A stretch of DNA of 63,478 bases, filler included, from Candidatus Omnitrophota bacterium (GTDB taxonomy: Bacteria > Omnitrophota > Gorgyraeia > Zapsychrales > Zapsychraceae): assembly GCA_015233495.1 (NCBI GenBank). It is 6 parts of 6 records of this genome, joined end to end, with 100 filler letters (N's around TTAATTAATTAA, not from the genome) between each part and the next. Parts side by side here need not be neighbours in the genome. Positions count along the whole stretch, not along the records: positions 1 to 11,419 come from JADFXQ010000056.1; 5 more parts are not named here. One strand, given 5' to 3'. This document shows, in pieces, positions 1-9,663 of the stretch (positions are counted from its first letter, which is position 1; every line of letters begins with the position of its first letter). The notes under the pieces are model-generated. The model made no database searches. It worked only from the letters and a program-made list of their open reading frames with translations, and was not told the DNA's origin. Position numbers and translations under genes: made by a program.

Positions 1-109
1 TATCGGATTTATTGTTTTTTCGATTTTACTGCCGGTATTTCAGGCTAATATGTTAACGTTTTAAAATGGGTCGCGGAAAAATTTAAAATTATTGCGGCGG
101 ACGCTTCCG

Positions 110-571
110 TCAAGTCGCGAGGCTTGGCTTATTTAAAAAAGCGTAGCGAAAACAGATGATATAAGAGGGCAGATAATAGCCAATTCCCCAGATGATCGCG
201 GCCCAGGCGATCCCGGGATTGACCCCAAACAGCGATAAGGTGTCCTGCCATTGATAGGATTGGCCGAACAAATCAGCGAGAATCCGCAGTCCTAAAAAAA
301 ATTTCCAGAGTGCCGTCGGACCCATATTTTTTTGGCGCAAGGCCATCCCGGTTCCGAAGCTAAAGAGCAACAAAGCGCCGGGACGCGCCGCGGCAAAAAA
401 AGCGGGCAGGAAAAAGCCGCGGTCAAAGTGAAGAAGAAAATCATAATAGAGCCATTGCGGCGCATGATGGTTAAACGCGCTGTGAAAAGCGGTCAGAGCA
501 TTGATGCCTAACAGCAGGACATAAACATCCCACCAAAATAATTTTTTCGTAAAAAGAAACATCGTCTTCAT
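110..571 (-). CDS. hypothetical integral membrane protein (153 aa)
   Basis: ORF with about 4 hydrophobic segments; AAGGA-type RBS upstream; family not recognised. Confidence 0.55.
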   Translation of the reverse strand: MKTMFLFTKKLFWWDVYVLLLGINALTAFHSAFNHHAPQWLYYDFLLHFDRGFFLPAFFAAARPGALLLFSFGTGMALRQKNMGPTALWKFFLGLRILADLFGQSYQWQDTLSLFGVNPGIAWAAIIWGIGYYLPSYIICFRYAFLNKPSLAT

Positions 572-705
572 ATTATCCTTTAAAAAACAAAAAAATCACG
601 CATAAAAAATAAATCGGCGACTCTGTTGCGCGGAAGGCTGGGATTCGCTAAAATAAAGAATAAAAAGAAAACCCCCCGCGATATTTTTAAGCAGAAAGAG
701 TGTTT

Positions 706-1098
706 ATGAATAGAAATTTTGAGCATATTTTGGAAACGATTCAAATTAAAGACCCCCGGTATAAACAGGAGGCGTACGAATTTATGATGGAGGCTTTGAC
801 CTTTACGCAGAAAAGGATCCAAGCGCATCGGCACGTCACGGGTGAAGAGCTGCTGGATGGGGCAAAGGATTTGGTGATCCGGAAATTTGGTCCCCTGGCG
901 ATGACCGTGCTGCAACACTGGGGCGTAAAAAACACGGAAGATTTTGGGCATTTGGTCTTTAATCTCGTGGAGAATAAAATTCTCAGCAAGACCGAGCAAG
1001 ACAGCATCGAAAGCTTCCGCAACCGGTATGATTTTGAGGATGTTTTCCGCCGCGGATACCGCAATCAATTGCACAAGAAAATCAGCCGGATGCGTTAG
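706..1098 (+). CDS. PVC-restricted conserved protein (Minf_1886 / TIGR04138-like)
   Basis: DPRY..EAYEF..EAL, RHVTGEELL, FGPLA..VL..WGV..TEDFG..VFNLV motifs recalled from this family; ATG at 706. Confidence 0.75.
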   Translation: MNRNFEHILETIQIKDPRYKQEAYEFMMEALTFTQKRIQAHRHVTGEELLDGAKDLVIRKFGPLAMTVLQHWGVKNTEDFGHLVFNLVENKILSKTEQDSIESFRNRYDFEDVFRRGYRNQLHKKISRMR

Positions 1099-1197
1099 GA
1101 TTATGACAGACGGCATACGGCGTCGAGCGGACGGAATTTTATTCTTTTTATCGGTTTACCGTCGGCAATCAGCCGTTTACGGGTTACCGAAATATTC

Positions 1198-3303
1198 ATG
1201 AGCGCCCCCCACATCGCCAATTCAGATCCCGCTAAAATTTCTATCCAATTTCTCAAAGGCATTGGTCCGGCAAAGCAAAAATTGTTTGCCAATTTAGGCG
1301 TCGCGACCGTTGAGGATTTGTTATATTTGTTTCCGCGGCGTTATGAAGACCGGCGGAATTTCACGGCCTTGCGCGATGTTAAAATCGGCGAGGAACAGAC
1401 AATTGCCGGACAGGTTATCGCCCAAGGCGGCCGGCAAAGCTGGCGCACGAAAAAAAAGATTTCCGAGATCGTGCTCGACGACGGCACCGGCCGGATTTTT
1501 TGCGTGTGGTTCAACCAGCCGTATATCGAGTCCTATTTTAAACCGGGCGCTTGGGCGGTTTGTTATGGCCGGCCGCAGATCTATCAAAATAAAATTCAGA
1601 TGGTCGCTCCGGAATATGAAATATTCGACCCGCGCGACGAGGACAGTCTAAGTCTCAAGCGGATTGTTCCGGTTTATCCTTTGACGGCCGGGTTTTCGCA
1701 GCGGTTTGTGCGCAAGATGGTCCATGGTTGTTTGGATTCCTATTGTGACCAGATCAAAGACGAACTTCCGGTGAGTTTGCGCAACCGCTACCGGCTGGCC
1801 AATATCCGGCGCAGTCTTAAGGCCATTCATTTCCCCGCAACCTTTGCAGAGCAGGCTGAAGGCTTGCGGCGCGTCGCTTTTGAGGAATTTTATTTTTTTC
1901 AGATTTCCGCGTTATTGCGGCGGCAAAGCGTCAAACGCCAGGCGGGCCATGTCCAGCGGATGTCGGATGAACAAATCCTGCGTTATATAAACGCGTTTCC
2001 TTTTGCGTTCACCGAGGCGCAGCTCCGGGCGGCGCGGGAGATTCGGCAAGACTTGGCTTCCGTCGAACCGATGATGCGGCTGCTGCAGGGTGACGTCGGT
2101 TGTGGGAAAACAGTTGTCGCTTTTTTGGGGTGTTGGGCCGCTTTTTTGAATCAACAGCAGTCCGCGGTCATGGCTCCGACGGAGATTTTGGCGCGGCAGC
2201 ATTATGACAATTTATGTCAGTGGACCGCGGCCGGGGGGTTGCCGGGACTGCGGCCGCGTTTGTGGGTGAGCGGGATGAAAAATTCCGAACGGGATGCCGT
2301 CCGCCGCGCCGCCATTGCCGGCGAGGCGGATGTGGTCGTCGGAACTCACGCGTTGTTGACGGAAGACTTGCGGTTTAAAAATTTGAGTTATGTGGTCATT
2401 GATGAACAACATAAGTTCGGAGTGGGTCAACGGAGTCGTTTAGTAGAAAAAGCCAAGCTGCCGGACGTTTTAATTATGACCGCGACGCCGATTCCCCGGA
2501 CTTTGGGTTTAACGCTCTACGCGGATTTAGACGTCAGCGTGATTGACGCGTTGCCTGCCGGACGGGGGAAAGTGCGAACGCATTTGTTTGCGCAGAGCGA
2601 GATTGAGCGAGTTTATCAGATCGTTCGCGATAAAGTCGCCGCGGGCCGGCAAATTTATTTTGTCTATCCGGTAATCACGGAGTCGCAAAACGCGGATTTA
2701 AAAGCCGCGCAAGAACGCTATACGCATTTTCTGAACAAAGAATTTAAGAATTTTCGTCTTGGATTGATTCATGGCCGTTTGTCCCAGAATGAAGCCCAGG
2801 CGCAGATGGCGGCGTTCAAATCCGGAAAGATTCAGATTTTGGTGGCCACCACGGTTTTGGAAGTCGGCATTGACGTGCCGAATGCTAACGTTATGGTGAT
2901 TGAACACGCGGACCGTTTTGGCTTGGCGCAGCTGCATCAACTGCGCGGACGGGTTGGCCGCGGAAAGGAAGACGCGTTGTGTCTTTTGGTGGCTGATCCC
3001 GGCACCGCCGAAGGCCAAGAACGGCTGCAGGTGTTTTTATCAACGACCGACGGGTTTAAGATCGCGGAAAAAGATTTGGAAATCCGCGGGCCGGGGCATT
3101 TTTTTGGCCGCCACCAGCATGGGTTGAACGAATTGAAAGTGGCGAATCCTTTGGCGCAAATTGATATTTTGCAATTGGCTCGAAAAGAGGCGGCGCAATT
3201 GGTCGCGGAAGATCCCGGCTTGACAAAGTCGGAAAACAGTGTACTTTTAAATGTTATCCGCCGGAGGTATCCGAATTATTTGGATATGGTTCAGGCGGGT
3301 TAA
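1198..3303 (+). CDS. recG: ATP-dependent DNA helicase RecG
   Basis: LKGIGP N-terminus, wedge domain, RLLQGDVGCGKT, DEQHKFGV, MTATPIPRTL, QLHQLRGRVGRG, DLEIRGPG. Confidence 0.97.
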   Translation: MSAPHIANSDPAKISIQFLKGIGPAKQKLFANLGVATVEDLLYLFPRRYEDRRNFTALRDVKIGEEQTIAGQVIAQGGRQSWRTKKKISEIVLDDGTGRIFCVWFNQPYIESYFKPGAWAVCYGRPQIYQNKIQMVAPEYEIFDPRDEDSLSLKRIVPVYPLTAGFSQRFVRKMVHGCLDSYCDQIKDELPVSLRNRYRLANIRRSLKAIHFPATFAEQAEGLRRVAFEEFYFFQISALLRRQSVKRQAGHVQRMSDEQILRYINAFPFAFTEAQLRAAREIRQDLASVEPMMRLLQGDVGCGKTVVAFLGCWAAFLNQQQSAVMAPTEILARQHYDNLCQWTAAGGLPGLRPRLWVSGMKNSERDAVRRAAIAGEADVVVGTHALLTEDLRFKNLSYVVIDEQHKFGVGQRSRLVEKAKLPDVLIMTATPIPRTLGLTLYADLDVSVIDALPAGRGKVRTHLFAQSEIERVYQIVRDKVAAGRQIYFVYPVITESQNADLKAAQERYTHFLNKEFKNFRLGLIHGRLSQNEAQAQMAAFKSGKIQILVATTVLEVGIDVPNANVMVIEHADRFGLAQLHQLRGRVGRGKEDALCLLVADPGTAEGQERLQVFLSTTDGFKIAEKDLEIRGPGHFFGRHQHGLNELKVANPLAQIDILQLARKEAAQLVAEDPGLTKSENSVLLNVIRRRYPNYLDMVQAG

Positions 3304-3372
3304 AACCGCAAACGGCTCGCGCGGGCTATAACACTCGGGGACAGGATCGCGCAATTTGAATTGGAGGAGCGG

Positions 3373-3939
3373 TTGATCAAAATTATCGCGGGACAATATA
3401 AGGGAAAGAATTTTCGGACGCACCCGGATATCCGGCCGACGCAAAACATAGTTCGCAAGTCTTTGTTTGATACCTTGGGCCAAGATTGGGCAGGGGTAGT
3501 ATTTTTAGATGTCTTTGCCGGCAGCGGGATGATCGGATTGGAAGCTTTGTCGCGCGGCGCGAAAAAGGTGGTTTTTGTGGAGAAAAACGCCGAGGTTTAC
3601 GCGATTTTACGCGGGAATTTGGAGGGGTTAAACGCCCAGCCGGCCGCGGATGGACATTGGCCGTATGAAGCTTTGCAGGCGGACGCGTTTGTGGCCCTCA
3701 AAACATTTTTTCGAGAGAAAAAACAGTTTGATGTGGTGTTTTTAGACCCGCCCTACGGTTTAGGCCTGGCAAAAAAAGCCTTGAAAACCATAGAGACACA
3801 TGATATATTACACGCCAATTCTTTATTAGTGATAGAGCATGAAAACGCTGAAATTCTCCCTGAACGTCATGGGAGATTTACGCTTTTTAGGCGGAAAAGA
3901 TTTGGCAGTTCCGTGTTGAGTTATTATCAGAACAGCTAA
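3373..3939 (+). CDS. rsmD: 16S rRNA (guanine966-N2)-methyltransferase RsmD
   Basis: IIAG..KG, IRPT, LDVFAGSG..GLEALSRGA, DPPY; TTG start after GGAGGA. Confidence 0.92.
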   Translation: MIKIIAGQYKGKNFRTHPDIRPTQNIVRKSLFDTLGQDWAGVVFLDVFAGSGMIGLEALSRGAKKVVFVEKNAEVYAILRGNLEGLNAQPAADGHWPYEALQADAFVALKTFFREKKQFDVVFLDPPYGLGLAKKALKTIETHDILHANSLLVIEHENAEILPERHGRFTLFRRKRFGSSVLSYYQNS

Positions 3940-3967
3940 CCGGCTGAACCTAAGGATGCGCTGCCGC

Positions 3968-4459
3968 ATGAACCGACGCGCGATATATCCCGGAAGTTTT
4001 GACCCTGTGACAAACGGTCATTTGGATTTGATGCGCCGCGCGACCTGTATTTTTGACGAGGTTGTCGTAGCAGTGGCGAACAACACCCGTAAACAAAAAT
4101 TGTTCACTGTGGCGGAGCGGATGGAAATGCTGCGGGAAACCACGGCCGGCATCCCGGGAGTGACGATTGAGTCCTTTGATGGTCTGGTGATCAAGTACGC
4201 CCGGCAGAAAAAAATTAACGTCCTGATTCGCGGTCTGCGGGTGATTTCCGATTTTGAATATGAGCTGCAAATGGCGTTGACCAACCGTCGGCTTGACGAA
4301 CAAATTGAAACTTTATTTTTAATGCCTTCGGAAGGGCACGCGTTTTTATCGTCTGCTTTGATCAAAGAAGCGGCCGGATTGGGCGCGGATATTACTTCGT
4401 TTGTTCCGGAGCAGGTAGCTGAGCGATTGAGGCGGAAATTAGATCCGCGGAGCCCGTGA
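3968..4459 (+). CDS. coaD: pantetheine-phosphate adenylyltransferase
   Basis: AIYPGSFDPVTNGHLD, IRGLR..SDFEYE; start 3956 or 3968. Confidence 0.96.
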   Translation: MNRRAIYPGSFDPVTNGHLDLMRRATCIFDEVVVAVANNTRKQKLFTVAERMEMLRETTAGIPGVTIESFDGLVIKYARQKKINVLIRGLRVISDFEYELQMALTNRRLDEQIETLFLMPSEGHAFLSSALIKEAAGLGADITSFVPEQVAERLRRKLDPRSP

Positions 4460-4875
4460 AAATAAAAATTCTCGACATTCCACCGCAAGGTTTGGAATTC
4501 ACATCTTTGGTTCCGCCCAGCTTCCTCGGCGTTGGTTTTGATCTGGAGGGGGCTTTTTTAGGGCCTTTACGTTTCACCGCGTTGGTACATAAAACCGCAG
4601 ATCAGGTGACGGGTGAGGCGCAGTTGGCGGGTGAATTAGCGACGCGCTGTTCCCGCTGTTTAACGGAAGTAACATTGCCGTGGAACGTGTCTTTTTCGGT
4701 AGATATTTCGTATCAGCGGCATGATGAAAGCGTGGATTTAACTCCCGATGTCCGCGATGAAATGATTTTGGGATTGCCGGTAAAAATTTTATGTGTCGAC
4801 GCGTGCCGCGGGCTTTGCGCGGGCTGCGGCGTGAATCTAAATATAAAGTCGTGCAAATGTCAGTGTAAGGAATAA
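4456..4875 (+). CDS. yceD: YceD/DUF177 family protein
   Basis: CSRCL and P.K.LC...CRGLC..CG.NLN...C.C motifs; directly upstream of rpmF. Confidence 0.88.
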   Translation: MKIKILDIPPQGLEFTSLVPPSFLGVGFDLEGAFLGPLRFTALVHKTADQVTGEAQLAGELATRCSRCLTEVTLPWNVSFSVDISYQRHDESVDLTPDVRDEMILGLPVKILCVDACRGLCAGCGVNLNIKSCKCQCKE

Positions 4876-4895
4876 GTTGGATGTTTAAATGACGG

Positions 4896-4932
4896 CTTAT
4901 CACTTACAACTTACAACTTACAACTTATAACT
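4896..4932 (+). repeat. heptamer tandem repeat (CTTACAA)x5, degenerate at the ends
   Basis: cttatca cttacaa cttacaa cttacaa cttataa ct, just upstream of the rpmF RBS. Confidence 0.9.
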
Positions 4933-4943
4933 GAGGACAAAAA

Positions 4944-5138
4944 ATGCCAAATCCCAAAAGACAACACTCGGTGACGCGCCAGCGTAAACGCCGCACGCAT
5001 TATAAAATAGCCATGGGGGGGTTGACTCCTTGCAGTCATTGTCAAACGCCTATCCTTTCCCATCGGATTTGTCCGGCCTGTGGTTTTTATAAAGGCAAGC
5101 CCGTTGTCGTAGCGGCAGAAGAGTCGACCAAGAGTTAA
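4944..5138 (+). CDS. rpmF: 50S ribosomal protein L32 (Zn-ribbon form)
   Basis: MPNPKRQHS..R..KRRTH, CxxC...HRICxxCGFYKG. Confidence 0.95.
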   Translation: MPNPKRQHSVTRQRKRRTHYKIAMGGLTPCSHCQTPILSHRICPACGFYKGKPVVVAAEESTKS

Positions 5139-5193
5139 GAATCGCCCTAAGCCGCAAAAACAGTTTTTTTTTCAAATTGAAGGAAACTGCTTA

Positions 5194-6171
5194 ATGAAAA
5201 TTATTATCGACGCTATGGGAGGGGATTACGCCCCGGACGCGGTAGTGGCCGGGGTGGTAGACGCGGTCAGCCAATTCGATGTTCGCATCGCGCTGATTGG
5301 TATTCAGGATAAAGTTGAAGCTCAACTAAAAAAACATTCGTACCGCCCGGATAAAATCGAGATTCTGCACGCCCCGGAAGTCGTCGGCATGGAAGAGCCG
5401 GCGATCACGCCAGTCCGGAAAAAACGCCAATCCTCTATTTCGTTAGGGATTAATTATTTGAAAGAAGGCAAATACGACGCGTTTATCAGCGCCGGCAATA
5501 CCGGGGCGGTGGTCGCGGCTTCCACTTTGACTTTGGGCATGATTCCAGGAGTGGAACGTCCGGCGATCGGTCTGTGCGTGCCCTCGTTAAAAGGCCCGTC
5601 TTTTCTTATTGATGTCGGCGCTAACACGGATCCCAAACCGACGCATTTGATCCAATCGGCTCTGATGGCGCGGGTTTATGCGAAAGCAGTGCTCAAACGC
5701 GCCAATCCTTCCGTCGGGTTATTGAATATTGGCACGGAAGAAACCAAGGGCACGGGTTTAGAGAAAGAAACCTATAAAATGATGGCGGAACAGGTGCCGA
5801 ATTTTATTGGCAATGTTGAGTTCAATGAAGTTTATATGGGGAAAAGCGATTGCATAATTTGCGACGGTTACGCGGGAAATTTGGTGATCAAGGTCTCGGC
5901 CGGGTTGATGGAGGCGGCAGGACAATTGATCAAACGGGAAGTAAAAAAAGATTTCTTTGCCATCCTCGGCGCGATGCTGATGAAATCGCGCTTGGAACAT
6001 ATCAAAAAATTGGTTGATTATTCCGAATATGGCGGCGCCCCGTTGCTGGGGGTAAACGGCATAGTCATGATCAGCCATGGCCGCTCGAGCGCGAAAGCGA
6101 TTAAAAACGCGATCCGCGCCACCATGCATGAGGTGGAACTCAATATCCTCGGAGCCATGAGCAAACTATAG
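5194..6171 (+). CDS. plsX: phosphate acyltransferase PlsX
   Basis: DAMGGDYAP, SAGNTGA, DVGAN, GGAPLLGVNG..ISHGRS. Confidence 0.96.
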   Translation: MKIIIDAMGGDYAPDAVVAGVVDAVSQFDVRIALIGIQDKVEAQLKKHSYRPDKIEILHAPEVVGMEEPAITPVRKKRQSSISLGINYLKEGKYDAFISAGNTGAVVAASTLTLGMIPGVERPAIGLCVPSLKGPSFLIDVGANTDPKPTHLIQSALMARVYAKAVLKRANPSVGLLNIGTEETKGTGLEKETYKMMAEQVPNFIGNVEFNEVYMGKSDCIICDGYAGNLVIKVSAGLMEAAGQLIKREVKKDFFAILGAMLMKSRLEHIKKLVDYSEYGGAPLLGVNGIVMISHGRSSAKAIKNAIRATMHEVELNILGAMSKL

Positions 6172-6242
6172 GGGACCTGGGAATGCAAAATTAATTCGGC
6201 CGGCTTTGGTTTGCTAAATTAATTTTGTGTCCGCCAATTATT

Positions 6243-7220
6243 ATGTCAAATATCGGCATTTTATCGTTGGGGCATTATTTGCCGCATTATCGGTTGACGA
6301 ACGCGCAGTTGGAGAAAATGGTTGAGACCTCCGACGAATGGATCATGACGCGCACCGGCATCAAAGAACGCCGGGTCGCCCTGACCGGGGAAAAAACCAG
6401 CAATATGGCCATTGCCGCGGCGAAAGAAGCCCTGCATAACGCCCCGCTCACCGGCGCCGACATTGATTTGATCGTCGTAGCCACGACCACCGGCGACAGC
6501 GCCTTTCCGTCGGTGGCCTGTCTGGTTCAAAAAGCCATCCATGCCAAACACGCGGCGGCCTTTGATGTCGCTGCGGCGTGTTCGGGGTTTCTTTACGCTT
6601 TAACCACCGCCAAACAATTTTTAATGACCGGCGCGGCCAAACGGGCCTTGATTATCGGCGCGGATAAATTCACGAATATTTTAGATTGGAACGACCGGTC
6701 GACCTGCGTACTGTTCGGCGACGGCGCAGCCGCGGCCGTTTTGGGCTCGGTCCGCCAGCCGCGCGGGATTTTATCCGATTATTTGCTGGGCTTAGGCGAC
6801 TACGCGGAATATTTGTGTGTGGTCGCCGCAGAACGGGAACAGTTTGAACAAAAAAATTTATTGATCCGTTCTCCCTATGTCGTGATGCAAGGCCAGGAAT
6901 TATTTAAAGTCGCGGTCAACTCCATGGCGTTGGCGGTGGAAACTGCCGCGAAAAAAGCCGGGGTAGATGTTAAAGATATTCAGTGTGTAGTGCCGCATCA
7001 GGCGAATGACCGGATTATTTCCGCGGTAGCGAAAAAGATGGGGATACCTAAGGATTTATTTTTTATCAATATCGAAAAATACGGCAATATGTCCGCGGCG
7101 TCGATCGGCGTGGCTTTATATGAAGCGGTGGAACAAAAACGCATCAAACGCGGCGATCTGATCGCTTTGGTGGTCTTTGGGGCGGGTTTGGTGGCAGGGG
7201 CGAATATTGTGCGATGGTAA
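6243..7220 (+). CDS. fabH: 3-oxoacyl-ACP synthase III
   Basis: ETSDEWI..RTGIKERR, AACSGF (catalytic Cys), LFGDGA, PHQAN, YGNMSAAS. Confidence 0.96.
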   Translation: MSNIGILSLGHYLPHYRLTNAQLEKMVETSDEWIMTRTGIKERRVALTGEKTSNMAIAAAKEALHNAPLTGADIDLIVVATTTGDSAFPSVACLVQKAIHAKHAAAFDVAAACSGFLYALTTAKQFLMTGAAKRALIIGADKFTNILDWNDRSTCVLFGDGAAAAVLGSVRQPRGILSDYLLGLGDYAEYLCVVAAEREQFEQKNLLIRSPYVVMQGQELFKVAVNSMALAVETAAKKAGVDVKDIQCVVPHQANDRIISAVAKKMGIPKDLFFINIEKYGNMSAASIGVALYEAVEQKRIKRGDLIALVVFGAGLVAGANIVRW

Positions 7221-7290
7221 GGCGGGGACGGTGAGCCCAGAACGCCTTTGCGGTTTTGGGTTCGTCGGCTATAGCATAAGGAGAACGGCA

Positions 7291-8214
7291 TTGAAAACAG
7301 CGCTAATTTTTCCCGGGCAGGGCTCCCAGTTTGTCGGCATGGGCCAGGAATTTTACGCGGCTTCAGCTGAGGCTAAGGCGGTTTTTGACACGGCCGAAGG
7401 TGTAGTTCCGGGATTGCGGGAAGTTATATTTAACGGCCCTGCGGAGAAATTAACCTCGACAAAATTTTGCCAGCCCGCGATCGTCGCGTTTAGTCTCGCC
7501 GCGTTAAAAGCTTTGCAAGCGCATCCGGGGTATAAAAATCTCCAACCCTGTTTTGCCGCGGGGTTGAGTCTCGGTGAATATGCGGCTATGGCAGCGTGCG
7601 GGACGTTAAGCGTTGTAGACATTGTTCGTTTAGTGGAGCGCCGCTCCTTTTTTATGGAAGAAGCTGCTAAAGCTAATCCCGGCGCTATGGCCGCGGTCTT
7701 AGGGTTTGATTCCCAAGCGTTGTCGCAGATTTGCCGGGAAACCGGCGCGCAAGTCGCGAACTTCAACACTCCCGATCAAATCGTGATCACCGGCGAGAAA
7801 GATAAAGTTCTGCGGGCTTGCGCAATCTTACGGGAAAAGGGCGCCTTGCGCGTGATCCCTTTAGAGGTCAGCGGCGGGTTTCATTCGACTTTGATGCGCG
7901 CTGCCGCGGACCGTTTTGCTTTGGAGCTTGAGCCTGTCCAATTTATGCCGCCGCAATTTCCTTTGCTGGGCAATGTCGACGCCAATCCGGTTACCGATCC
8001 GCAAATTATCAAATCCAATCTCCCCCAACAAATTTATTCCTCGGTCCAATGGGTGAAAACTATCCAAACCATTGCCGCGGCCGGAGTCACGACTTTTATC
8101 GAAATCGGGCCGGGCACGATTCTGAAAGGCCTCATTCGTAAAATCGACCGTTCTTTCCAGGTGCACAATATCCAAATTCCCGCGGATATTGATACTTTAT
8201 TAAATGGATTTTAA
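7291..8214 (+). CDS. fabD: malonyl-CoA:ACP transacylase
   Basis: FPGQGSQ, GLSLGEY, ANFN.P.Q.VI.G, VSGGFHS, EIGPG; TTG start after AAGGAG. Confidence 0.95.
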   Translation: MKTALIFPGQGSQFVGMGQEFYAASAEAKAVFDTAEGVVPGLREVIFNGPAEKLTSTKFCQPAIVAFSLAALKALQAHPGYKNLQPCFAAGLSLGEYAAMAACGTLSVVDIVRLVERRSFFMEEAAKANPGAMAAVLGFDSQALSQICRETGAQVANFNTPDQIVITGEKDKVLRACAILREKGALRVIPLEVSGGFHSTLMRAAADRFALELEPVQFMPPQFPLLGNVDANPVTDPQIIKSNLPQQIYSSVQWVKTIQTIAAAGVTTFIEIGPGTILKGLIRKIDRSFQVHNIQIPADIDTLLNGF

Positions 8215-8241
8215 TGGTGGCGCAACGGGCGTTTACCGGAA

Positions 8242-9423
8242 TTAAAATTTTAACCCTGCCCGGACGCCGAAGGCAGTGGTTTTATTGCGCGGTTCTTTTC
8301 CGGTAGCCGCAACCCCGAGGGAGATCGTGTTAGAAGGATCAGAATCTGGTATTCGCCATAAGTCAATATAGGGCGCGGCAAAAATACTGAGGTTTTCAAA
8401 ATTTTTGGCGATTTCCACCGAGCTTTTCAACCCAAAACCATGATGTTGATTGTTAACAGTGTCTTCACTGGATTTATTCTGGGGATTAAATTGATTTCCG
8501 TCGGATAAATGGCTGAATTGTTGGCCATAGATGAAAAAATCATATTCGCCTTTGAAAGTGACACTGAGATTATTTTTAAATGGAAATTCAAATTCAGCGC
8601 CTAAGGGCGCATAATAATAATTGGATTCCCGGTAGTAGGTAAAAACGAAAGTATTTGGAACCGGCGTGGGCAGCAACTTGCCGCCATTATTATCGATGAG
8701 ATTGCGGTATCCGGCGCCGCCATAAAGCAGGATACGGATATTTTTATCGTAAAATTCTTTTCCGCATAACCCCCGGATTTCGAACATCCGGTCTTTTTCA
8801 TCTTCGTTGCGCACGCCATCCACAGAGGCATATTTGAGATTCATCCAATTGGCTTGTCCGTCGATTCGATAGGTATTGATTTCTTTGCTAAAAAGGAAGT
8901 CTTTGGGGGCCGGGCGGTAGGTGTAATTCGCCGTGTAACCAAAACTGGGACCGTTGACGTGCATCACGTTTGGTTCTTCGTATTTGTAAGACGCGGCTTG
9001 GGGAGCAACATAAAATTCATGTTTTCGTCTGGGAATCAGCCCAGATTCGGTGCGCTCGCGGCTATACTCGTCCTTAAGCTCAAATTTAGGGGCATTCATT
9101 TCTTTGGCAGTATCCCGGTGTCTTTGGTCCGCCGCTTTCCAGGAGGGTGGCGGAGATGCTGTCTCGTCTTGGCCGTTCTCTTTAAAAAGCGGCTGACTGC
9201 GTTGGGATAGATGCCGCTGGTCCGCTTCTTCCCAAGTCGGCGGTTTGGTTTGTTCCGTGAGATCCAAAGCGGCGGTGACGATTTTTTCCCGGGTTTGGCG
9301 GAAATGCCTTTGGTCAGCTTTATCCCAAGACCCGGAAGCCGCGAACCCGCCGGGAACGGCAAAGATCCCAGCTGTCCCGGTGAGAAATATAGATATAATC
9401 AGGGTGGAAAAGCGCAAACTCAT
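8242..9423 (-). CDS. outer-membrane beta-barrel protein with N-terminal WxxADQRH repeats
   Basis: signal peptide; alternating aromatic beta-strand pattern; C-terminal ...GVRAGLKF (BAM-type terminal Phe). Confidence 0.7.
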   Translation of the reverse strand: MSLRFSTLIISIFLTGTAGIFAVPGGFAASGSWDKADQRHFRQTREKIVTAALDLTEQTKPPTWEEADQRHLSQRSQPLFKENGQDETASPPPSWKAADQRHRDTAKEMNAPKFELKDEYSRERTESGLIPRRKHEFYVAPQAASYKYEEPNVMHVNGPSFGYTANYTYRPAPKDFLFSKEINTYRIDGQANWMNLKYASVDGVRNEDEKDRMFEIRGLCGKEFYDKNIRILLYGGAGYRNLIDNNGGKLLPTPVPNTFVFTYYRESNYYYAPLGAEFEFPFKNNLSVTFKGEYDFFIYGQQFSHLSDGNQFNPQNKSSEDTVNNQHHGFGLKSSVEIAKNFENLSIFAAPYIDLWRIPDSDPSNTISLGVAATGKEPRNKTTAFGVRAGLKF

Positions 9424-9530
9424 GTTTTTAATGTAGGATTTATACGCCCGATCGTCAATAAAGATTTTGTTTATTTTGTTTATTTTGAAACTTCCGAATT
9501 CTCCGACAAGAGAGGCGTTACCCCAAGTCC

Positions 9531-9558
9531 GCGGTCATGCGGTCATGCGGTCATGCGG
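9531..9558 (+). repeat. 8-bp tandem repeat (GCGGTCAT)x3.5
   Basis: gcggtcat gcggtcat gcggtcat gcgg in the divergent intergenic region; a 9-bp repeat attttgttt x2.7 also lies at 9464-9487. Confidence 0.85.
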
Positions 9559-9663
9559 GTTGACTTTCGGAAGGTTTTGTGGCAAAATAAAATTAAGAAA
9601 AATGCGAAAAATCAGCAGATGATGGATTGCCGCCGAACTATGGGCAAAGGGAAGGAAGGTTTT

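Noticed and set aside
9211..9663. N-terminal extension of the response regulator (344-aa ORF)
   Set aside because: Overlaps the opposite-strand barrel gene and the promoter repeats; homology starts at ATG 9664.
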